From an uncultured Hyphomicrobiales bacterium (GTDB lineage: Bacteria; Pseudomonadota; Alphaproteobacteria; Rhizobiales; Xanthobacteraceae), in assembly GCA_964641065.1 (NCBI GenBank), contig CAZXJZ010000005.1, forward strand, positions 92-64,091: a stretch of DNA of 64,000 nt, in the 5' to 3' direction. Under the pieces are notes generated by a model. The model saw nothing but the letters and a program-made list of their open reading frames with translations. It was not told where the DNA came from and searched no databases. Shown one piece after another: positions 1 to 11,041 of the stretch. Every line of letters begins with the position of its first letter. Position 1 is the first letter of the stretch. A program made the position numbers and the translations under genes.

Positions 1-324
1 TTCGATCTTGTGCTCGCGCACCGGCTCCGGCTGTTCGTCCGCGCGCGGCTTCGTCGCCGGCACTTTGATGGCCGCAGTTCGCACCGTCAGTTCGATGCGC
101 TGAACGCAATGTTCTTCGGCTTGCCAGCAACGCAGCACGCGATCGCTGTAATGCGATTGAATCCAGCTCTTCAGAAACCGCGTCGGCACCGACAAGCGTG
201 CGGTGTCCTTCTCGACGGCTTCCAGATCCATGCGAGCAAACCAGCTCGAGAAAATATCTTCGCCAACTTCAGCCTTGAGCCGTCCCTTGACCCGGGACCA
301 ACGCTCTTGTTCCAGACTCGTCAT
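1..324 (-). CDS. dnaA: Chromosomal replication initiator DnaA, N-terminal part (continues beyond the window start)
   Basis: Manual minus-strand translation from ATG 324: [35 protein letters not shown]...[16 protein letters not shown], the alphaproteobacterial DnaA domain I. GGAAGAGG RBS upstream; lies downstream of rpsT as is usual in this class. Not in the supplied ORF track. Confidence 0.96.
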   Translation of the reverse strand, partial: MTSLEQERWSRVKGRLKAEVGEDIFSSWFARMDLEAVEKDTARLSVPTRFLKSWIQSHYSDRVLRCWQAEEHCVQRIELTVRTAAIKVPATKPRADEQPEPVREHKIE

Positions 325-494
325 TTCGGTCGCCTCTTCCCGAATGTCGAAAAACGATGGGTGAAATGCCGGGGCGGAAACGCCCCACATGGAACTCGGC
401 TCACATTCGAATGCAGCGCTTGAAGCGAAAGATGCTTCGGGTCGGATGTCAGAATGATCCGGCTATCGTGCGCACTCGCAAATGAGCGTTGTTC

Positions 495-683
495 CTAGCC
501 ATCGTTGGGAGGAGATGCCGCGCCCAGCGATCCGATTGCGGTCATTGTTGTCCGCACCCGGTTAGTCGCGCCCGGCAGAAGCCGGGCAAAGTCCTGTCCA
601 CAATCACTTTGCTGCGGTGATGAATGCCGCGCCTCGCGCCGCTTGTGCCGGCGGCCTTTGTTATTCGTCTGACCCGTCGTCAT
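495..683 (-). CDS. Possible small upstream ORF (62 aa) in the dnaA leader region
   Basis: ATG 683 preceded by GGGGGAG 3 nt upstream; MTTGQTNNKGRRHKRREARH...; no recognisable family. Confidence 0.25.
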   Translation of the reverse strand: MTTGQTNNKGRRHKRREARHSSPQQSDCGQDFARLLPGATNRVRTTMTAIGSLGAASPPNDG

Positions 684-925
684 AACTCCCCCTACCATCC
701 GCGCGCCTCCACGCGGTGGACCGATTTCTTAGTCAACGTTTGAGTTACGGGAGCTTCCCAGCGACGCGGATACAAATACGCAGCGTCGCGAAGTTCAGCA
801 GTGAATTAGATCTTCTAGTCCGTCGAGTCCGCAGTCGCCCTTGCCAAGATCAAGATGATGAGAAATTCAGACACAGCTCACCCATCCTCATCTTACTGAG
901 TTTCAAAACAGACCGATTATTGAAG

Positions 926-954
926 GCCGCCGCTGCAGTGCGCGGCGGTGTTTT
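926..954 (+). terminator. Intrinsic-terminator-like hairpin on the + strand in the rpsT-dnaA spacer
   Basis: GCCGCCGC-tgcagtgc-GCGGCGGT followed by GTTTT; no annotated + strand gene upstream. Confidence 0.4.
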
Positions 955-1353
955 GAAGATACACGCGCGCCCCCAAACTGCAACGAGTTTGTCTCGGACA
1001 CAGCGTCGCGAGATCGCGATTTCGCAGTAACGACGGCCCTTTTCATGCGTCTGTCACTGCAACGTCTTGAATCGCCGCATGCTTTTTCGGGTTCGCACCG
1101 CTTTTGCAGGGTGATTCAACCGTCGAACGGGCAGCGTCGCGATGGCAGTCGAATGCCGAATTGAAAGTCCCTGCTGCGCTATGGACCTAAATCTTTATTT
1201 TACCGGCGCTTTTCGTGCTCAGTTTTCAAACCAATGCACGCCCTGAAAAGTCGCGGCGGCGGATTTTGCGGTGCGCAGGCGCTGGATGTGTGACACGCGG
1301 GCGACACCTGCGATTCAAAACGATCCGCGGGCGCTCTGCAAGGGCCTGCAAAC

Positions 1354-1421
1354 GACAAGACCCGGCTCGCGCCAGGTCTTGTCGGTCCGAAAATGAAAAG
1401 ACCCGGCACTGCCGGGTCTTT
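1354..1421 (-). terminator. Tandem hairpins terminating rpsT
   Basis: AAAGACCCGGC-act-GCCGGGTCTTT (1397-1421), followed on the minus strand by TTTTCATTT; second near-identical stem GACAAGACCCGGC-tcgc-GCCAGGTCTTGTC (1354-1383). Confidence 0.8.
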
Positions 1422-1463
1422 GAAGCATAAAATAAAGCGATGGCCGACGAAGGCCGTCACGCT

Positions 1464-1730
1464 TTACGAGGCGAGCTTCGCAACGCGAACCGTCAGACGC
1501 GACACCTTCCGGCTTGCGGTCTTCTTGTGAACGATGCCCTTCTGGCTCGCACGCATGATCTGCGGCTCCGCCGCCTTCAGCGCCGCGAGCGCGGCGTTGC
1601 GGTCGCCGCCGGCGATCGCCTCTTCGACCTTGCGAATAAATCCGCGCATCATCGACCGGCGATGCTGGTTGATGGCGGTGCGGCGTGCGATCACGCGCGT
1701 CTTCTTCTTCGCCGATTTCGTATTGGCCAT
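1464..1730 (-). CDS. rpsT: 30S ribosomal protein S20
   Basis: [39 protein letters not shown]...[15 protein letters not shown], typical S20 (88 aa); start at ATG 1730. Confidence 0.98.
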   Translation of the reverse strand: MANTKSAKKKTRVIARRTAINQHRRSMMRGFIRKVEEAIAGGDRNAALAALKAAEPQIMRASQKGIVHKKTASRKVSRLTVRVAKLAS

Positions 1731-1790
1731 GGGGCCCTCTGTAACATGGGTCCGAGCGCATGCCTGGGCGCGACCGGACGGGTGATTTCG

Positions 1791-1822
1791 GAAAACTAAA
1801 AGGCGGCGGATAGCCGCCGCCT
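1791..1822 (-). terminator. GC hairpin plus U-tract between the rpsT promoter and rpsT
   Basis: Minus strand AGGCGGCGG-ctat-CCGCCGCCT-TTTAGTTTT. Confidence 0.55.
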
Positions 1823-1833
1823 CGTTTGGCCGG

Positions 1834-1862
1834 GTTATAGTCGCGGGACCGGTTTTCGTCAA
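1834..1862 (-). promoter_or_regulatory. Sigma70-type promoter for rpsT
   Basis: Minus strand TTGACG-N17-TATAAC, near consensus. Confidence 0.8.
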
Positions 1863-1889
1863 CGAACGAAAACGGTCCGAAAACGGCTT

Positions 1890-2786
1890 TTAGGCCACTT
1901 TCCGGGCCCGGGCGGCCTCATATCCGGCAATAATCGCGTTCCGGTCGGCAGCGGAAGGCTCCGCCAGCGGCGGTTTCATGGCTGCCAGGGCCGGATCGCC
2001 ATGGATATGGGCCAGCAGGGCCTTGATCCCGGAGACGAGCGGCTTGCCGTTGAACAGGTTCCGGATCGTCACCGCCTGTTCCGAAGCCGCGACGTCACCC
2101 GACGTCCAGGCCCGCTGACACAGATCGGCGTTGCAATTGGCCGTAGCGGAAATGCAGCCGGCGAAGACCCCTGACCGGGCCTCCAGCAGCGCGGCTTCAG
2201 TCGATGGGAACACGTCGAAGCCGGCCTCGATCTTCGCCGCCTCGCGGGCATAGGCCATGTCGCCGGACGAGTCCTTCAGGCCGACGATGCGGCCGGGATG
2301 GGCATCGAGCAGGCGCCGGATCAGGCCGACGTGCCACGGCAGGCCGGATTGGGCGGGAAAATGGTAGAGATAGAGCGGGATCGGGTTATCGGCGGTCGCG
2401 GCCACAATCGCGTCGATATAGGCGACGAGCCCGTCATCCGGCACGCCCTTGTAGTAGAACGGCGGCAGGACCAGCGCGCCGGCAAAGCCAAGTCCTGCGG
2501 CATGCCGCGTCAGCGCAATCGCGTCGGAGACGGCCGCGGCGCCGGTGCCGACCATCAGCCGCTGCATCGGCAAGCCGTTGTCGCGATAGGCGCTCATCAG
2601 GCCCATGCGCTCCTCGCGCGAGAACGACGTCGCCTCGCCGGTGGTGCCGAGCACATTCAGTCCGTCGCAGCCATTGTCGAGCAGGAAACGCGCGAGCTTC
2701 AGTGCGCGCGCCTGGTCGGGCGTGCCGTTCTTGTCGATGGTGGTTGCGATCGCGGCGATCACGCCGCGCAGGGTTCTGGTGGTCAT
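1890..2786 (-). CDS. Dihydrodipicolinate synthase (DHDPS/NAL) family aldolase/lyase
   Basis: GTTGEA motif, LPPFYY, YLYHFP, Schiff-base lysine in GLKDSSGD; substrate not assignable. Confidence 0.9.
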   Translation of the reverse strand: MTTRTLRGVIAAIATTIDKNGTPDQARALKLARFLLDNGCDGLNVLGTTGEATSFSREERMGLMSAYRDNGLPMQRLMVGTGAAAVSDAIALTRHAAGLGFAGALVLPPFYYKGVPDDGLVAYIDAIVAATADNPIPLYLYHFPAQSGLPWHVGLIRRLLDAHPGRIVGLKDSSGDMAYAREAAKIEAGFDVFPSTEAALLEARSGVFAGCISATANCNADLCQRAWTSGDVAASEQAVTIRNLFNGKPLVSGIKALLAHIHGDPALAAMKPPLAEPSAADRNAIIAGYEAARARKVA

Positions 2787-2860
2787 TCTTGGTTCCCGGC
2801 AAATACGAATAGGAGTAGCGAACAGCGAAGAAGGCTTTCGACTGCTCGCGACGCGCTTCC

Positions 2861-5143
<2,283 letters not shown>

Positions 5144-5335
5144 TACAACTCCCTGGACTCAGAACAAATTTTTGGGCGGACCCCGCCTCGCCGGACGTTA
5201 GCGGAACCTGCCCACGATGCTCAAGGATGAACCGGATGCTTAATTGACGCGACCATAGCGGTTGAACCGAACGGCGCGGGGAGGTATCGACTGGGCCGTC
5301 CGCGCCGACCGTCTTCGGATGCCTGGGACCCCAAA

Positions 5336-5653
5336 ATGATCCGTTCTCTGTTGCGACTGATCGGCGTGATCTTTCTCGCCGCCGGCTTCATTCTCCTGAT
5401 GTACGACGGTGCGAAGTCGATCGCCGACAGCCGCATCTATATCTACAAGCTCGGGCAGCTCTGGACCGATGTCCACGCGGCGAGCCTGCAATCGGCTGAG
5501 GCCAATGTGCAGGCCAGCCTGCCGGCGGTGGTGTGGAATCCGGTGATTACGACCGTGCTCGACCAGCCGTCCTGGCTCATTTTCGGCGTGATCGGGGCCG
5601 TTCTCATCCTCCTGGGCCGCAAGCGCAAGCCCCTGATCGGCTACGCGCGCTGA
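5336..5653 (+). CDS. Small membrane protein of unknown function
   Basis: 105 aa, hydrophobic N- and C-terminal helices, basic tail GRKRKPLIGYAR; coding-like codon usage. Confidence 0.8.
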   Translation: MIRSLLRLIGVIFLAAGFILLMYDGAKSIADSRIYIYKLGQLWTDVHAASLQSAEANVQASLPAVVWNPVITTVLDQPSWLIFGVIGAVLILLGRKRKPLIGYAR

Positions 5654-5680
5654 TCGCTCCTGCCCGGAACGCGCCTGTCG

Positions 5681-6178
5681 CTAGCGGCTCGGATTGCCGA
5701 TCGCGGCAAGCCCGGCCTTTGCGATCTGCGCATCCTGGGCGGAGAGAACGCCGGCGACCCCGATGGCGCCGATGATCTTGCCGTCCTCGATGATCGGGAA
5801 GCCGCCCTCGAACGGCGCGATATCCTGCACCGCCAAGAGCCGCGAGCCGGCGCCGCCGGCCGCAACCGCGTCCTCCAGCAGCTTGGTCGGCAGCCGGAAT
5901 CCGAGGGCCGACTTCGCCTTGGCCTCGGCCACCCGGATCGAGACCAGCTGCGTATTGTCGAGCTTCTGCATCATGACGAGGTGCCCGCCGCTGTCGATGA
6001 CCGCGATCGCCACCTGCCAGTTGTTACGGACCGCCTCTGCCTCGGCTGCGGCAACGACCTTCTTCGCCGCTTCCAGCGGGATCGGCGCACCATAGGGCGG
6101 GGGCGTTCCGGTCTGGGCGGAGAGCGGGCACGCGAGCAGGGACACGGCAAGCCCGAGCGCGACGGCGTTGAACCTCAT
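5681..6178 (-). CDS. GlcG/HbpS-family heme-binding protein with signal peptide
   Basis: Signal peptide ...ACPLSA-Q; VAIAVIDSGGHL, AEAKAKSA, GGFPIIEDGKIIGAIGVAG...QDAQIA. Confidence 0.9.
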   Translation of the reverse strand: MRFNAVALGLAVSLLACPLSAQTGTPPPYGAPIPLEAAKKVVAAAEAEAVRNNWQVAIAVIDSGGHLVMMQKLDNTQLVSIRVAEAKAKSALGFRLPTKLLEDAVAAGGAGSRLLAVQDIAPFEGGFPIIEDGKIIGAIGVAGVLSAQDAQIAKAGLAAIGNPSR

Positions 6179-6258
6179 GATTTGCCTCTCACACGACCTG
6201 ATTCAGTCCACCAGCATAGGGCGTCGGCGAAGCGAGGGGAAGATGACGTGACGTTGCG

Positions 6259-6330
6259 TCCCGACACGCCAGATCCCGATACGCCAATTCCCGATACGTC
6301 AGGTCCCGATACGTCAGGTCCCGGTACAGG
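6259..6330 (+). repeat. 15-bp tandem repeat, about 4.7 copies (TCCCGAYACGYCARN)
   Basis: TCCCGACACGCCAGA / TCCCGATACGCCAAT / TCCCGATACGTCAGG / TCCCGATACGTCAGG / TCCCGGTACAGG. Confidence 0.9.
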
Positions 6331-6404
6331 TCGTGATCCGGGAGGGGCCTGCGGAACGGCGCCGCCGCCCTTATATTGGGGAGCAGAATGAAGGAGACCC
6401 GCCG

Positions 6405-7061
6405 ATGTTCACGTTCAAGAAGTCTCTGACCATCCCGAGCAAGGCCGAGGCGCTGCCCGGCCGCGCCACGCCGATCCCGACCGCCCGCACCCATTACGTC
6501 AACGGCAACCCGCTGAAGGGCCCCTATCCGGAGGGCGCGCAGATGGCGCTGTTTGGCTTCGGCTGCTTCTGGGGCGCCGAGCGAAAGTTCTGGGAGCTGG
6601 GCGACGGCATCTTCGTCACCGCGGTCGGCTATGCCGGCGGTCCCACCCCGAACCCCACCTACGAAGAGGTGTGTTCGGGACGCACCGGGCATAACGAGGT
6701 GGTGCTGGTGGTCTTCGACCCGAAGAAAATTTCCTACGAGAAGCTGCTGAAGACCTTCTGGGAAAATCACGACCCCACCCAGGGGATGCGTCAGGGCAAC
6801 GATATCGGAACGCAATATCGATCCGGGATCTATGTCTTCGACGAGGCCCAGCGCAAAGCGGCTGAAGAGTCGAGGGCGATGTATGCCAAGGCGCTTGCAG
6901 ACAAGCGCTACGGTGCGATCACGACCGAAATCGTCGACGCGCCGGAATTCTTCTTTGCCGAGGACTATCACCAGCAATATCTGGCGAAAAATCCGTCCGG
7001 CTATTGCGGGCTCGGCGGTACCGGTGTGAGCTGTCCGATCGGCACCGGCGTGGCGGCCTAG
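6405..7061 (+). CDS. msrA: Peptide-methionine (S)-S-oxide reductase
   Basis: GCFWG catalytic motif, [43 protein letters not shown]; AGGAG RBS before ATG 6405. Confidence 0.98.
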   Translation: MFTFKKSLTIPSKAEALPGRATPIPTARTHYVNGNPLKGPYPEGAQMALFGFGCFWGAERKFWELGDGIFVTAVGYAGGPTPNPTYEEVCSGRTGHNEVVLVVFDPKKISYEKLLKTFWENHDPTQGMRQGNDIGTQYRSGIYVFDEAQRKAAEESRAMYAKALADKRYGAITTEIVDAPEFFFAEDYHQQYLAKNPSGYCGLGGTGVSCPIGTGVAA

Positions 7062-7087
7062 TTATCGCGGTCGTGCGAGCCTGAAGG

Positions 7088-7112
7088 GCGGCGGGGCAAC
7101 CCGCCGCTTTTT
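7088..7112 (+). terminator. msrA intrinsic terminator
   Basis: GCGGCGGG-gcaa-CCCGCCGC-TTTTT. Confidence 0.85.
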
Positions 7113-7190
7113 GAATGTACGATTGGTTTTCCTGCCTTTGCACCGCCTCTGTAGCTGGTGCGCGGGTCACGTTGCTTGGGGACATTATCG

Positions 7191-7751
7191 ATGCGCCGGC
7201 TTGAGCAGTTCTTCGAAGCGATGCTGTTTCGCAGCCGCTGGCTGCTGGCCCCGTTCTATATCGGCCTCGTGATCGGGCTGGTCGTATTGCTGGTACATTT
7301 CCTGCGCGAATTGGCCCACTTCGCGTTGAAGGCCGGCACCCTGACCGAGGCGGAGGTGATCCTCGGTGTTCTGGCTCTGATCGATATCGTGCTGGTGGCG
7401 AATCTGATCCTGATCGTTGTTTTCTCGGGCTACGAAAATTTCGTCTCCAAATTCGACGTCGAACATCACGACCTGCCGCAATGGATGGCCAAGGTCGATT
7501 TCGGCGGTCTGAAGATGAAGCTGCTGTCGTCGATCGTCGCGATCTCGGCAATCCAGTTGCTGAAGGCGTTCATGAATGTCGGCACTTATGACGACAAGAA
7601 ATTGGCCTGGATGGCCGGCATCCACGTCGTGTTCCTCGGCTCGATGCTGATCGCGGCGATCTCGGACCGGATCGCCGTCAAATCCATCCCGCTGGAAGAC
7701 GGCGCCTATGCCAAGCGCAAAAGCCCAGCCCCGGAGGCTGACAGCCACTGA
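7191..7751 (+). CDS. YqhA/TIGR00645 (UPF0114) family membrane protein
   Basis: SRWLLAPFYIGL, VIFSGYENFVSK-like segment, LKMKLLSSIVAISAIQLLKAF. Confidence 0.85.
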   Translation: MRRLEQFFEAMLFRSRWLLAPFYIGLVIGLVVLLVHFLRELAHFALKAGTLTEAEVILGVLALIDIVLVANLILIVVFSGYENFVSKFDVEHHDLPQWMAKVDFGGLKMKLLSSIVAISAIQLLKAFMNVGTYDDKKLAWMAGIHVVFLGSMLIAAISDRIAVKSIPLEDGAYAKRKSPAPEADSH

Positions 7752-7773
7752 ACCGCGGCGTGGTGAGGCTTTG

Positions 7774-7781
7774 TTAACCAT
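7774..7781 (+). promoter_or_regulatory. CtrA-type half-site TTAACCAT
   Basis: Exact TTAACCAT 45 nt upstream of the polysaccharide export gene. Confidence 0.5.
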
Positions 7782-7825
7782 ACAGGGGGTTAATTGGGCT
7801 GGAATTTACTGCCCGGATCCTCCTT

Positions 7826-8479
7826 ATGCGGCCCAAGGCCACGCTTCGCCTGCCCGTATTGCTTGTCGCGCTGGCGCTACCCGCCTGCGTGCACAATCAG
7901 GTTGCGGTTGCCCCGGTCGCAGTCGAGGGCGAGCCGGCGGTGGTGCAGGTCCAGGCGCCCGCACCGGTCATGGTGGCGGCCGGCGGGCCCTATGCTCCGG
8001 CCGGACTGACCGGGTATGACGCGCCGTATCAGCTCGATGCCGGTGACCGGCTGCGGGTGCAGGTGTTCGGCCAGGAAGGCCTGACGAATTCCTACATCGT
8101 CGACGCGTCCGGAAATATCTCGATGACCCTGATCGGGTCGGTGCCGGTGCGCGGATTGACCACCAGCCAGGTCGCCGCTGCGATCTCGAGCCGGCTGCGC
8201 TCGGGCTATATCCGCAATCCGCATGTCTCGGTCGAGGTCGAGGTCTATCGCCCGTTCTTCATCCTCGGCGAGGTCAATGCGCCCGGGCAATATCCGTACG
8301 TTCCCAACATGACCGTGGAGGCCGCCGTCGCCATCGCCGGCGGGTTCGCGCCGCGTGCCAGCAAGAGTGACATCCTGGTCGCGCGTAACTTCAACGGTGA
8401 AGTGATGCGCACCCGCGTGCCCGCGGATTTCCCGATGCGGCCCGGCGACACCGTCACCGTGCGCGAGCGCTGGTTCTGA
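7826..8479 (+). CDS. Short polysaccharide export lipoprotein (Wza/ExoF/HfsD-like, Poly_export + SLBB)
   Basis: Lipobox LALPA-C; YQLDAGDRLRVQVFGQ, YIVDASGNISMTLIG, RPFFILGEVNAPGQYPY, PGDTVTVRERWF. Confidence 0.92.
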   Translation: MRPKATLRLPVLLVALALPACVHNQVAVAPVAVEGEPAVVQVQAPAPVMVAAGGPYAPAGLTGYDAPYQLDAGDRLRVQVFGQEGLTNSYIVDASGNISMTLIGSVPVRGLTTSQVAAAISSRLRSGYIRNPHVSVEVEVYRPFFILGEVNAPGQYPYVPNMTVEAAVAIAGGFAPRASKSDILVARNFNGEVMRTRVPADFPMRPGDTVTVRERWF

Positions 8480-8583
8480 TCTGACAGTCTCGAACGCGTC
8501 GCCGGGGCACGCGTTTCGCGAAATCCTGGACGGATGATCCCGCATGTCGCGACCACGACATGCGGGCTGCTCACCGCTCGATA

Positions 8584-9024
8584 TTACGGCTGCTTCTCCA
8601 TGGTCCAGCATGCGACAGCCTTGCTGGTCATGTTGGTGTGCCGGTAGCAAACGTCCATGGTCTTCGCATCGCGCAGCGTGAAGTCGTATTCGCCGTCATT
8701 GTCGAGCATGATGCCGCTGCGGTATTCCGGCGGACGCAGGGTGCCGATGACCGTTTCGTTGACCTTGGCCGCGAGCTCGCCGGTGAAGCGGGTGCCCTGC
8801 TGCTGCTTGATCACGTAAGCGAATTCCATCGGGCCACCGAAATTGGGCCCGGGGGTCTCGGCAACACGATAGGGGTTGGCGCCGATGATGACCGCCTCGG
8901 CTTTGCCCTTCCAGGTGCCGACGAGGTTCGGTGGCGTCTGGGCGGAGACGGACGAGGCAGCAAACGTGGTCGCCGAGACGCAAACGCAAGACTGAATCAG
9001 GCGGAGAAAGGTGTTCGACGGCAT
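8584..9024 (-). CDS. Hypothetical secreted protein
   Basis: Signal-peptide-like N-terminus (..FAASSVSA-Q), beta-rich mature part with two Cys; start chosen at ATG 9024. Confidence 0.7.
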   Translation of the reverse strand: MPSNTFLRLIQSCVCVSATTFAASSVSAQTPPNLVGTWKGKAEAVIIGANPYRVAETPGPNFGGPMEFAYVIKQQQGTRFTGELAAKVNETVIGTLRPPEYRSGIMLDNDGEYDFTLRDAKTMDVCYRHTNMTSKAVACWTMEKQP

Positions 9025-9186
9025 CGCGCAATCCTTTGATCGAACGGGATGGAACCGCGAACGGGATAACAGATCGCATCCGAATCGCAATCGGCTGCGT
9101 CGGGCATGTTCAATTTTTTGATAAGCGAATGGCGCGCTACATCCGGCGCGCCATGTGCATGTCCGGTGGCGCGACCTCGCGCGACG

Positions 9187-9855
9187 CTATTTCATATGCT
9201 TGTCAAGAAAAGCGGTGGTCCGCTGCCATGCGAGCTTCGCACTGTCGTCATGGAAGCTTGCGCGTTCGTCGCAATAGAAGCCGTGCCCGGCCGGATAAAC
9301 GTAGATCTCGCAATCGGGCCGCTTCTGCTTGACGATCTCGACATCCGCCATCGGGATGCTGGCGTCGGTCTCGCCGAAATGCATCTGCACCGGGCATTTC
9401 GGCTTCTCGTCGGCGTATTTCACGATCTGTCCGCCGTAATAGGCGACTGCTGCCTTGATGCCGTCGAGCCGTGTCGCGGCCAGGAATGCCGCGCTGCCTC
9501 CGAGGCAGAAACCGATCACTCCCACCGGTCCGACCGACTTCACCTCGTCGATGCCGGCCTGGATATCGAGCAGCAACTTCGACCAGTCGACCTTGGCGAT
9601 GTGGGTCCGCGCATGCGCGACCTCGTCGGGCGTATAGCCCGACTGGAAATCGCGCACGAAGCGATCGAACACCGCGGGCGCCACCGCGACATAACCTTCC
9701 GCGGCGAGACGGTCGCAGACATTGCGGATGTGGCTGTTGACGCCGAAGATTTCCTGCACGACCACCATCGCACCCTTCGGCTTGCCCGCAGGATCGGCGC
9801 GGTAGGCGCCGAGTGTATGTTGATCGGTGGTGGTGAGCGAAACATGCTTGCCCAA
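9187..9855 (-). CDS. Dienelactone hydrolase family protein
   Basis: VVVQEIFGVN, GFCLGG nucleophile elbow, HFGETD, YPAGHGFYCDER; TTG start 9855 with GGGAGA RBS. Confidence 0.95.
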   Translation of the reverse strand: MGKHVSLTTTDQHTLGAYRADPAGKPKGAMVVVQEIFGVNSHIRNVCDRLAAEGYVAVAPAVFDRFVRDFQSGYTPDEVAHARTHIAKVDWSKLLLDIQAGIDEVKSVGPVGVIGFCLGGSAAFLAATRLDGIKAAVAYYGGQIVKYADEKPKCPVQMHFGETDASIPMADVEIVKQKRPDCEIYVYPAGHGFYCDERASFHDDSAKLAWQRTTAFLDKHMK

Positions 9856-9904
9856 GTCTGATCTCCCCAAAGGTCTAATCTTCCGAACTCTCTCGTGCGA
9901 TCAC

Positions 9905-10951
9905 TCAACCAGCCGTGGCCGGCTGCGGTTGCGGCTTAGCACGCGATGCCAGGAGAGAAAACGCCTCCGCCAGCAACGCATAGGATCGTTTGCGGGCCTG
10001 GTGGTCGAAGACCATGGTCGTGATCATGATCTCGTCTGCCTGCGTTGCTGCGGCGAGGGCGTCGAGCCGCGCCTTCACCATCGCCGGCGTGCCGACCGCG
10101 AGCCGTTCGCGGTTCTGCGCGATGCGTTCGCGGTCGATCGGCGAATAATCGTAAGCCAGCGCCACGTCCGGACTTTCCAGCGGCGCGTAGGTGCCCTTGG
10201 CGCGGCGCACGAAGTTCAGGTCGATGGTGGATGCAAGCCGCTCGGCTTCCTCGGCTGTCTCGGCAACGACCGCTGCGGTGGCGAGGATCGCCAGCGGCTC
10301 TTTCAGAAATTCCGACGGCTTGAATCTGTCGCGATAGAGCCGCATCGCATCGGCTGCATCGTGTCCGGCGAAATGATGCGCGAAGGAAAAGCCGGCGCCG
10401 ATCTGGGCTGCAAGCTGCGCGCTGTAGTCACTTGACCCAAGCAGGAAGATCGGCGGCAGCGCGACATCGTTAGGCATCGCCTGCACGTTGCTGAATGGAT
10501 GATCTTTCGGGTAGCCCTTGTTTTCCAGCAGCAGCAATTCCTGGAAGCGGTCGAGGAAGTCGTCTTCGTCGCGAATGTCCTGCCGCCGTCGCAATGCGAT
10601 CGAGGTGACGTGGTCGGTTCCGGGCGCGCGGCCGAGACCGAGATCGATTCGGCCGGGAAACAGCGCTTCCAGCACCTTGAACCGCTCCGCAACGGCGAGC
10701 GGCGCATGGTTCGGCAGCACCACGCCGCCGGAGCCGACGCGCATGTTGCGCGTCGCCGCGGCAATCTGGCCGATCATGATGTCGGGGGCGGAACTCGCGA
10801 TATTTGCAAGATTGTGATGCTCCGCGAGCCAATAGCGCCGATAGCCGAGGGTGTCGGCGTGGCGCGCGAGATCGATGGAGTCGCGCAACGACTGCGCGGC
10901 GGAGCCGCCTGCGGGGACGGGAGAGAGATCGAGAATCGAGAGTGGGATCAT
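9905..10951 (-). CDS. Luciferase-like (LLM class) flavin-dependent monooxygenase
   Basis: [43 protein letters not shown]. Confidence 0.93.
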   Translation of the reverse strand: MIPLSILDLSPVPAGGSAAQSLRDSIDLARHADTLGYRRYWLAEHHNLANIASSAPDIMIGQIAAATRNMRVGSGGVVLPNHAPLAVAERFKVLEALFPGRIDLGLGRAPGTDHVTSIALRRRQDIRDEDDFLDRFQELLLLENKGYPKDHPFSNVQAMPNDVALPPIFLLGSSDYSAQLAAQIGAGFSFAHHFAGHDAADAMRLYRDRFKPSEFLKEPLAILATAAVVAETAEEAERLASTIDLNFVRRAKGTYAPLESPDVALAYDYSPIDRERIAQNRERLAVGTPAMVKARLDALAAATQADEIMITTMVFDHQARKRSYALLAEAFSLLASRAKPQPQPATAG

Positions 10952-11041
10952 GCGGCGGACCGTACCTGGCTGATCAGCCGATGTAAGCCGGATCAGCCAA
11001 AACGCCAGTTATGCCCGCTATGCCTATCCGCTTGGCGCCGG

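Noticed and set aside
716-1030. 104-aa + strand ORF in the dnaA spacer
   Set aside because: No RBS, atypical codon usage, no motifs.
325-1463. Possible oriC upstream of dnaA
   Set aside because: Only one weak DnaA-box-like 9-mer (CTGTCCACA, ~594-602) and about four GANTC sites were seen, with no box cluster or DUE. Origins in this class usually lie near hemE.
6259-6330. CRISPR-like array
   Set aside because: Head-to-tail 15-mers with no unique spacers and no cas genes.
8539-8566. 11-bp inverted repeat CCCGCATGTCG/CGACATGCGGG between convergent genes (likewise 42347-42367)
   Set aside because: No U-tract on either strand. At most ordinary bidirectional stop or stability hairpins.
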